A model generated the notes under the pieces. That model was not told the origin of the DNA. It did not search any database and saw only the letters and a list, made by a program, of their open reading frames with translations. Shown here piece after piece: positions 57,394 through 64,000 of a stretch of DNA of 64,000 nucleotides (the stretch's first letter is position 1; the number at the start of each line of letters is the position of its first letter). Both the position numbers and the translations under genes were made by a program. Source of the stretch: Gammaproteobacteria bacterium (lineage in GTDB: Bacteria > Pseudomonadota > Gammaproteobacteria > Burkholderiales > SHXO01); assembly GCA_041487115.1 (NCBI GenBank), contig JBGPMS010000001.1, forward strand, positions 908 through 64,907, written 5' to 3'.

Positions 57394-58308
57394 CTAGAGA
57401 GCGACTTCCAACCCGTCGTAGGCTACCTCGATGCCGGCGCGCGACAGCTCCGCGCGCTCGGGCGAGTCCTCGTCCAGGATCGGGTTGGTGTTGTTGATGT
57501 GGATGAGAATCTTGCGCTCAGCTTTGAGTGGCCTCAACACGTTGATCATGCCGCTCTCGCCGGACTGGGGCAGGTGCCCGATGTCGCGCGCGCGCTTGTC
57601 CGAGATCCCGAGCCGGATCATCTCGTCGTCGGTCCAGAACGTGCCGTCCACCATCACCGCGTCCGCCTCCTGTAGAAGCGGCTCGAGGTGGGGTTCGATC
57701 TCGCCCAGGCCAGGGGCGTAGAACAGTTTCTTGCCGCTGCGCAGGTCGGTGATGCGCATGCCGATGTTGTCGCCCTGGTGCGGGTTGTCGCGGTGCGGCG
57801 AGTAGGGTGGCGCCTTGCTCTTGAGTGGGACCGGGGTGAAGCTCAAGTGCTCGATGCCATCGACGGAGAAGCTGCTGCCCGGCGCGGTAGGCACGCGGTG
57901 CCAATCGACGCCGCAGTAGTGGCCCAGGATGTTGAACAGAGGGTTGCCGGTGGTGAGATCCTCGCGGACCATGTCGGTGCACCAGATCTCCAGCGGCTTG
58001 CCTTCGCGCAGCATGAGCAACCCGGTCGTGTGATCGATCTGGCCGTCGACCAGGACCACGGCGCGGATACCGGTGTCACGAATGGCGCGCGCCGGCTGCA
58101 GCGCGGGGAAGGACTTGATCTGCGCCAGTAGATCCGGCGAGGCGTTGAACAGTACCCAGCTCACGCCGTCCGAGCTGACGGCGATCGAAGACTGCGTGCG
58201 CGCCTGGGCACGGATCGATCCCTTCCGCACGCCATTGCAGTTGTGGCAGTTGCAATTCCACTGCGGAAAGCCGCCGCCGGCTGCGGCGCCGAGTACTCTT
58301 ATTCGCAT
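57394..58308 (-). CDS. pqqB: PQQ biosynthesis protein PqqB (MBL fold)
   Basis: [25 protein letters not shown]-terminus typical of PqqB. Confidence 0.92.
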   Translation of the reverse strand: MRIRVLGAAAGGGFPQWNCNCHNCNGVRKGSIRAQARTQSSIAVSSDGVSWVLFNASPDLLAQIKSFPALQPARAIRDTGIRAVVLVDGQIDHTTGLLMLREGKPLEIWCTDMVREDLTTGNPLFNILGHYCGVDWHRVPTAPGSSFSVDGIEHLSFTPVPLKSKAPPYSPHRDNPHQGDNIGMRITDLRSGKKLFYAPGLGEIEPHLEPLLQEADAVMVDGTFWTDDEMIRLGISDKRARDIGHLPQSGESGMINVLRPLKAERKILIHINNTNPILDEDSPERAELSRAGIEVAYDGLEVAL

Positions 58309-58426
58309 GGGGGTACTTTGATTCGCATTGGGACACTCTCACGTGCCTCCGGGGACCCGGATCCGCACTCGCGCCTGGTTCGACGCTTGCTTCAAAACAA
58401 CGTACGACCTGTCTCTCAAAAACAAC

Positions 58427-58449
58427 GAAAGCCCCGATCGGGGGCTTTC
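58427..58449 (-). terminator. pqqA-pqqB intergenic hairpin / partial terminator
   Basis: GAAAGCCCC-GATCG-GGGGCTTTC. On the minus strand it is followed by GTTGTTTTT, and it starts 21 nt after the pqqA stop. Confidence 0.75.
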
Positions 58450-58469
58450 GTCTAGCCCGCAGATGAAGC

Positions 58470-58541
58470 TTAGCGGTTGGCGATGTACATCGTTACTTCG
58501 AAGCCGAAACGCATTTCGGTGAATTCAGGTTTCGTCCACAT
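58470..58541 (-). CDS. pqqA: PQQ precursor peptide PqqA (copy 1)
   Basis: Not in the ORF track (23 aa). Hand translation: [23 protein letters not shown] with the conserved E-x3-Y (EVTMY). Directly upstream of pqqB. Confidence 0.9.
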   Translation of the reverse strand: MWTKPEFTEMRFGFEVTMYIANR

Positions 58542-58807
58542 AGTCTTCTCCGGAGATGATAAAGTTTAGAGTTCGCGGCCGTCGAGGACCGCCCTTGGTG
58601 ACCCCTACCAGCCGGAATCCTACGAACCTTGGGGCCTTGGTTGCTCGCGCTGACCACGGCTCCAACCGGCAGGTAAAGTCGAGCACCATTCTCGGCTACT
58701 TCAGGGCCGGGGCCCCCCAACAAAATCAGCAAATGCGACTCATGATTTTCATGAGTTTATGAAACGCGTCTACACATGCCCCGGGCTTTCGCCCTAATCT
58801 TGCGGCC

Positions 58808-60391
58808 ATGGCCAGCGTAACCGCCGACAGCGATCCGTTTGCATTTTCCATCGAGACGCCCTGGCACCGCGACGGTGTCATGGTGGTGGCGTTCCTGGTT
58901 TCGCTCCTGGTGCACGCCGTGGCACTCATCTTGTTGCCCGGATTCCGCACACCCGTGCCCGAAGAGAAGGTGTTGACGGTCGAGATGGCGCCACCCATCG
59001 TGGAACCGAAGCGGGCGGTCGAAGAGCCACCCAAAACACAGAAAAAGGCGGCGCGGAAGGCCGAACAGCCGTTTCAGCGCCAGGAGCTACAGCCCCCGCC
59101 GGCGACTGCGCCGATGCCCAAGCCCGAACTCACGAAGCCGGAACCTCGCACGGAGGTACGACCCGAGCCCAGGCAGGAGCCGCGCCTCGAGCCGCGTCCG
59201 GAGATTGCACCGCCGCCGCAACCGCTGGCTCGCCTCGAGCCGCGGCCTGAGCCGCGAGTGGTTCCAGCCCCGCACGTGCGTTCCGAGCCTCGGCCCGAGG
59301 TGAGACCCGAGCCGCGTCCCGAACCAAAAATGGAGCCGCGCCAGGATATTCGGCCTGAGCCGCGCGTCGAACCCCGGTTCGAGCCCCGCCCACAGGTAAC
59401 GCCCGAGCCCAGGCCCGTGCAACGCGCGGAGCCCAGGCCCGAGCCCCTTGCGCGCGTCGACCCACGGCCGGAACCGAAGCGGGAGCCGGTGACCGTGGCG
59501 CGTCCCGAAGCGCGGCCCGAGCCGGTCCCTCTACCGCAGGTACAACCGCCGAAGGTGGAACCACGCGCCGAGTCGCGCCCGACGGTCAAAGCGGAGCCTC
59601 GCGCCGAGCCCACCATCGCCGCGCGTCCCGCGCCCCAGGTAGAGGCCCCGCGTCCCGAGGCGCGGCCTGAGCCGGTCCCCTTACCCAAGGTGGAAGCGCC
59701 GAAGGTGGAACCACGCGCCGAGTCGCGCCCAGCGGTCAAAGCGGAACCTCGCGCCGAGCCCACCATCGCCGCGCGTCCTGCGCCCCAGGTTGAGGCCACG
59801 CGTCCCGAGGCGCGGCCGGTCGCGCCGCCGCCCGAGGCGACCCCTCTGGTGCGTTCGCAGTCCCGTCCCGAGCCGCAGCCTGCGGTTCGCGCGCAGCCGC
59901 AGCCCGAGGTTCGCCCCCAGCCCAAGCCAGAGGTCAAGTACGAGGCGCGCGCAGACTCGCGACCGCCTGCCCCGCTGGCGGCACCCGTGCCCGCCGGGCC
60001 TGTGCGTCCCTCCGCAGCGCCGCCCGGCCAGCCAGGCGCCATCGCCTCGCTGCCCGTGGCGCCGAAGCAGGCCAGCGTGGACGAAAATGCTCTGCTCCGG
60101 CGCTTCGCCGATGAGATCTCGCGCGTGCTGGGCAAGTCGGTGTCCGAGCGGGACTATCCACGGCTCGCGCGGCAGAAGGGGTGGCAAGGGACGGCCGAGG
60201 TTCGCCTGCAGATCGGCACGGACGGCAAAGTCAAAAATGTTCTGGTCGGTCGCAGCAGCGGGTACGAGTTGCTCGATCAGCGCGCGCTCGAGCTCGTCAA
60301 ACAGATTCGCCTGCCCAAGGTGCCCTCTGCGTTTCGCGCGCGGGAGTTTTCCGTCACCGTTCCCATCACCTTCGCGCTCAGGAATTCCTGA
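58808..60391 (+). CDS. TonB-family energy transducer with an unusually long Pro-rich spacer
   Basis: N-terminal TM (VMVVAFLVSLLVHAVALILL), more than 300 aa of (E/K)PRPEP-type repeats, and a C-terminal TonB_C domain (YPRLARQKGWQGTAEVRLQIGTDGKVKNVLVGRSSGYELLDQRALELV). Confidence 0.8.
   Translation: MASVTADSDPFAFSIETPWHRDGVMVVAFLVSLLVHAVALILLPGFRTPVPEEKVLTVEMAPPIVEPKRAVEEPPKTQKKAARKAEQPFQRQELQPPPATAPMPKPELTKPEPRTEVRPEPRQEPRLEPRPEIAPPPQPLARLEPRPEPRVVPAPHVRSEPRPEVRPEPRPEPKMEPRQDIRPEPRVEPRFEPRPQVTPEPRPVQRAEPRPEPLARVDPRPEPKREPVTVARPEARPEPVPLPQVQPPKVEPRAESRPTVKAEPRAEPTIAARPAPQVEAPRPEARPEPVPLPKVEAPKVEPRAESRPAVKAEPRAEPTIAARPAPQVEATRPEARPVAPPPEATPLVRSQSRPEPQPAVRAQPQPEVRPQPKPEVKYEARADSRPPAPLAAPVPAGPVRPSAAPPGQPGAIASLPVAPKQASVDENALLRRFADEISRVLGKSVSERDYPRLARQKGWQGTAEVRLQIGTDGKVKNVLVGRSSGYELLDQRALELVKQIRLPKVPSAFRAREFSVTVPITFALRNS
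59501..59817 (+). repeat. 150-bp in-frame tandem duplication (two full copies plus the start of a third) inside the TonB spacer
   Basis: Copies start at CGTCCCGA(A/G)GCGCGGCC at 59501, 59651 and 59801. They encode RPEARPEPVPLP.V..PKVEPRAESRP.VKAEPRAEPTIAARPAPQVEA. with only a few substitutions. Confidence 0.9.
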
Positions 60392-60423
60392 GCGCGATAT
60401 TCCCGCGCGGGTGCCCCCGCCCC

Positions 60424-61362
60424 ATGTCCGACGCGCTGTACCCACCGCTGGAACCCTATGCTTCGGGCTGGTTCGACGCCGGTGACGGCCACCGCATCTG
60501 GCACGAGCAGTGCGGGAACGCTGAGGGCAAACCGGTCGTCTTTCTGCACGGGGGGCCAGGTAGCAGCATCAATCCTGGTCACCGCCGCTTCTTCGACCCG
60601 TCCTTCTATCGGATCGTGCTGCTGGACCAGCGTGGCTGCGGGCGCTCCACGCCGCGCGGCGAAGTCCACGCCAATACCACACCGCATCTGGTCGAAGACC
60701 TCGAGCGGCTGCGGCGTCTGCTCGGTATCGAACGCTGGTTGTTGTTCGGCGGCAGTTGGGGCAGCACGTTGGCGCTGGCGTATTCCCAGGAGCACCCGGG
60801 CGCAGTGACCGGGTTGGTGCTGCGAGGGCTCTTCCTCGCCTCCGACGAAGAGGTTGCCTGGTTTCTCACCGGCCTGCGTCATTTTCTGCCCGAAGCCTGG
60901 GACGCGTTTGCCGCCGGCGCCGAGGATTCCTCGGCAGCGGGCTTGCTGCGTCACTACTCCGCGCGGATGGAGCTGGACGACGAAGCGGCGGCGGCGCGCT
61001 GGACCGCGTGGGAATCCGCGGTCATGTCGGTAGGCGAGCTGTCGTCCGCCGCGGCGTCGGCGGACGCCTCCGCACTGGCGCGCGTGCGCATCCAGCTGCA
61101 CTATCTGGTCAATCGCTGCTTCCTCATGCCGGGAGAGCTGCTGCGCGGGATGGAACGTTTGCGCCCGTTGCCCGCCATTCTGGTGCAGGGCCGCCGCGAT
61201 CTGGTCTGCCCCCCGGGCACCGCGTACACTTTGCGTGGTCGGTGGCCTGGAGCCGAGCTGCGCATCGTGGAGGAGGGCGGCCACTCGGCTATGCATCCCG
61301 CGATGGCGCGGGCGTTGGTCCAGGCTACGCAAGATATGAAGGAGCGTTCGACGGCGACATGA
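60424..61362 (+). CDS. pip: prolyl aminopeptidase (proline iminopeptidase)
   Basis: VVFLHGGPG, LLDQRGCGRS, and the nucleophile elbow GGSWGSTL. ATG at 60424. Confidence 0.88.
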   Translation: MSDALYPPLEPYASGWFDAGDGHRIWHEQCGNAEGKPVVFLHGGPGSSINPGHRRFFDPSFYRIVLLDQRGCGRSTPRGEVHANTTPHLVEDLERLRRLLGIERWLLFGGSWGSTLALAYSQEHPGAVTGLVLRGLFLASDEEVAWFLTGLRHFLPEAWDAFAAGAEDSSAAGLLRHYSARMELDDEAAAARWTAWESAVMSVGELSSAAASADASALARVRIQLHYLVNRCFLMPGELLRGMERLRPLPAILVQGRRDLVCPPGTAYTLRGRWPGAELRIVEEGGHSAMHPAMARALVQATQDMKERSTAT

Positions 61363-63134
61363 GCCTGCGTTTCCGCATCAACCTCATCATCACGGTGCTG
61401 ATCGTGCTGTTTTCGCTCGTCACCGCGAAGATCGTGGTGGACGATGCGCGCCGTTCCATCCGCGAAGAGATGGAGGCCGGCACCAAGGTCACGCTGCAGC
61501 TGCTCACCACGGTGCTGTATAGCAGCCAGTTCGTCCCGCCGACCGAGGAGCCCAACGAAGTGCTCCGCTCGTTCCTGCACAGCCTCGGCCGCGTGCGTGC
61601 CAACGAGATCCGCCTGTACAACGACGACGGCAAGCTTCTCTATACGTCTCCGCCCCCGGTGTACAAGGCCGGCCGCGCTGCGCCGCACTGGTTTTCGCTC
61701 CTGGTCACCCCCGAGCTGCCCGAGGTGGAGCTGACGGTCAGGAGCGGGCGCATCGTCGTCACGCCCGACGCCTCACGTTCGATCCTGGACGCCTGGGACG
61801 ACATGAAGAATCTGATCTGGCTGGCGTTGGGATTCCTGGTGCTGGTCAACGTCGTGGTGTTCTGGCTGCTGGGCCGCGCGCTGCAGCCGGTGAAGCCCAT
61901 CCTGCGCGGGCTGTCGGAGATGGAGCGAGGGCGGCTGGATACGCGTCTGCCGGGCTTCTCGCTGCCCGAGTTCGATTCCATCAGCCACACGTTCAACCGG
62001 ATGGCAGGCGCGCTGGAAGAAAGCCACGCCGAGAACATGCGCCTCGCGCTCGTGACGAAGCAATCGTCCGACGCGATCATGATCCACGACTTGACCGGCA
62101 ACATCTCCTTCTGGAACCCCGCCGCCGAGCAATTGTTCGGTTACAAGCCGGATCAGATCGTGGGTCGGTCGGCCACTTTGCTCACCCCGCCCGGCCTGGA
62201 GGCGGAGGTGGCGGAAAACCTCCAGACCATCGGCAGCCGACGTGTAGTCGACAACGTCGACACGACTCGGCTTACTCACGATGGCCGGCTGGTGAACGTG
62301 GCGCTGTCGGCCGCACCGCTGGTGGACCCCGCCACCGGAGAGGTGATCGGCGAGATCTGCAGCATGCGCGACATCACCGAGCGCAAACATGCCCAGGAGA
62401 CCGAACGAGAGCTGGAGCAGAACCGCCGGCTGACCCAGTTGATCCAGACGCGACTGGAAGAGGAGCGACGCTCGATCGCCCGCGAGCTGCACGACGAGTT
62501 GGGGCAGTGCGTGACCGCGATCAAGACCATCGGCGTGGCCATCGCCAACCGGACTGCGGAGGCAGCACCCGAGATCCACCGCAGCGCCCAGACCATCGTC
62601 CAGGTGGCAGGCCACATATACGACGTGGTGCACGGGATCATCCGCCAGCTTCGGCCCAGCGCGCTGGACCACCTTGGCTTGCAGGAGGCCATCGAGGATG
62701 TTGTCAAGAGCTGGAGCGGCCGCCATCCCGAGATCGCCTGCGACCTGAAGCTCTCGCGCGACCTCGGGGACCTGGGCGAGGCGGTCAATATCACCATATA
62801 TCGCCTGATCCAGGAGTGCCTGACCAATCTGATTCGCCACGCGGAGGCTACCGCTGCGGCGGTCGAGGTGAGCCGCAGCGGCGCCGTGGTCCGGGTCAGC
62901 GTGTCGGACAACGGCAAGGGCCTCGGAGAGCGCACGGAGAGCGAGAGCGCGCGCTTCGGCTTGATGGGGATGCGCGAGCGGGTTCAGGCCTTGAACGGCG
63001 AGTTCCACCTCGAGTCGAAACCCGGACAAGGGTTGAGAGTAACGGCGCTGATTCCCATTCCTGGGATGGCGCTCGATCCGAGCTCGGCGGGGGGCGATAC
63101 GAAGGCAGCCGACGTGAAGGTAGCCGCGAGATGA
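61359..63134 (+). CDS. HAMP-PAS sensor histidine kinase, NarX/UhpB (HisKA_3) class
   Basis: Two TM segments, HAMP, PAS (IMIHDLTGNISFWNPAAEQLFGY), H-box IARELHDELGQ, and an HATPase domain. The ATG overlaps the pip stop (ATGA). Confidence 0.85.
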   Translation: MSLRFRINLIITVLIVLFSLVTAKIVVDDARRSIREEMEAGTKVTLQLLTTVLYSSQFVPPTEEPNEVLRSFLHSLGRVRANEIRLYNDDGKLLYTSPPPVYKAGRAAPHWFSLLVTPELPEVELTVRSGRIVVTPDASRSILDAWDDMKNLIWLALGFLVLVNVVVFWLLGRALQPVKPILRGLSEMERGRLDTRLPGFSLPEFDSISHTFNRMAGALEESHAENMRLALVTKQSSDAIMIHDLTGNISFWNPAAEQLFGYKPDQIVGRSATLLTPPGLEAEVAENLQTIGSRRVVDNVDTTRLTHDGRLVNVALSAAPLVDPATGEVIGEICSMRDITERKHAQETERELEQNRRLTQLIQTRLEEERRSIARELHDELGQCVTAIKTIGVAIANRTAEAAPEIHRSAQTIVQVAGHIYDVVHGIIRQLRPSALDHLGLQEAIEDVVKSWSGRHPEIACDLKLSRDLGDLGEAVNITIYRLIQECLTNLIRHAEATAAAVEVSRSGAVVRVSVSDNGKGLGERTESESARFGLMGMRERVQALNGEFHLESKPGQGLRVTALIPIPGMALDPSSAGGDTKAADVKVAAR

Positions 63135-63775
63135 CGCAAAACCCGATCCGCGTGATGCTGGTGGACGACCACGCGGTGGTCCGTATGGGCTTTCGGCTTC
63201 TGCTCGAGGGGGCGGCGGACATCCGTGTGGCGGCGGAGGCGGAAAGCGGAGAGGAGGCGGTGCGCGCTTTCCCGGAGGTCAAGCCGGACGTCGTGGTGAT
63301 GGACATCTCGATGCCGGGGATCGGAGGCCTCGAGGCCATCGCTCGCATCCTCGCGCGGGAGCCTCAGGCGCGCATCCTCGTGTTGTCCGCGCACGAGGAC
63401 GCGATGCATGCGAGGCGCGTGCTCAAAGCTGGCGCGGTGGGCTATCTCACGAAGCGCAGTGCCGCGGAGGAGCTCATGCAGGCGATCCGCCAGGTGGCGC
63501 AGGGCAAGACTTTTCTCGAACCCTCCATCGCCCAGCAGCTCGCGCTGCAACAACTGAACGGTGAAAAGAGCCCGCTGGAGATGCTGAGCGAGAAGGAATT
63601 CAAGGTGTTTCTGGCGCTGGCCAAGGGGACATCGGTGGCCGAGATCGCTGAGATCATGTCTCTCAGCCCGCGCACAGTGGGAACGCATCTATATAATATA
63701 AAACAGAAATTGGGTGCTTCGAACTCGGCCGAGCTAGCCATCATTGCGATCCGGGCCGGCCTGCTCGAGCCATGA
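63131..63775 (+). CDS. NarL/FixJ (LuxR-type HTH) response regulator
   Basis: REC domain (VMLVDDH...VVVMDISMPG) and a LuxR HTH (LSEKEFKVFLALAKGTSVAEIAEIMSLSPRTVGTHLYNIKQKLG). The ATG overlaps the kinase stop. Confidence 0.9.
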   Translation: MTQNPIRVMLVDDHAVVRMGFRLLLEGAADIRVAAEAESGEEAVRAFPEVKPDVVVMDISMPGIGGLEAIARILAREPQARILVLSAHEDAMHARRVLKAGAVGYLTKRSAAEELMQAIRQVAQGKTFLEPSIAQQLALQQLNGEKSPLEMLSEKEFKVFLALAKGTSVAEIAEIMSLSPRTVGTHLYNIKQKLGASNSAELAIIAIRAGLLEP

Positions 63776-63932
63776 CCGGGGCGCGGTGCCACGGGAATCT
63801 AATGAAAATCATGAGGCCGATTTCAGTGATTTTCGCTGGCTTCCCGGGCGGGGCCTGGACACAATAGGGTCCGTATTGAAGCGACCCCCCCGACCTGAGT
63901 TGGCCGAACCGAACCTGAAGAGGAGAATAACT

Positions 63933-64000
63933 ATGTGGACCAAACCTGAATTCACGGAAATGCGTTTCGGCTTCGAAGTCACGATGTACATCTACAATCG
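63933..64000 (+). CDS. pqqA: PQQ precursor peptide PqqA (copy 2, truncated by the window end)
   Basis: Hand translation: [22 protein letters not shown](R...), with a GAGGAG RBS at 63920-63925. Differs from copy 1 by three synonymous changes in the first 19 codons, then one Ala-to-Tyr change (codon 21) and one further synonymous change (AAC to AAT, codon 22). Confidence 0.85.
   Translation, partial: MWTKPEFTEMRFGFEVTMYIYN

Overview
High-GC (about 65-72 % on hand-counted lines) proteobacterial chromosome segment; gene order (rnfB-like/nth, aat-bpt, dapA-bamC) suggests a beta- or gammaproteobacterium, which is inference. Most of it is ordinary core genome. It holds yhdP, a C-N hydrolase gene and tldD; a DAHP synthase; an ECF sigma/anti-sigma pair; a 'quinoprotein relay' cluster (two MBL paralogues, a SoxYZ-like carrier, two c-type cytochromes); nth; an MCP gene with a sigma-28 promoter; a 1184-aa Fe-S/flavin oxidoreductase next to pyrD; aat-bpt; and sodC. 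It also holds a fleS/fleR-like sigma-54 two-component pair followed by fliEFGHIJK and fliLMNOPQR (two textbook sigma-54 promoters); dapA-bamC; bcp-slyD; an ABC-2 exporter; pqqABCDE plus a second orphan pqqA at the window edge; a TonB-like protein with a very long Pro-rich spacer; pip; and a NarX/NarL-type pair. The accessory part is the first ~5.5 kb. A tRNA(CAT) is followed by a low-GC islet carrying a four-gene minus-strand operon (4-TM protein, variant MBL hydrolase, PD-(D/E)xK-like protein, STAS-GHKL ATPase-STAS protein). I cannot assign this operon to any named system, and it is the best candidate for a novel defence or conflict module. The islet is closed by an intact IS630-family element inserted at CTAG directly against the yhdP start codon. 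Other non-genic structure includes an inverted pair of G4-prone heptamer arrays upstream of tldD, a 222-bp CTAG-flanked palindromic MITE downstream of pqqE, and in-frame tandem repeats in fliK and tonB. Many long track ORFs are antisense or out-of-frame high-GC artefacts. Several starts were moved to internal ATG/GTG codons by hand.
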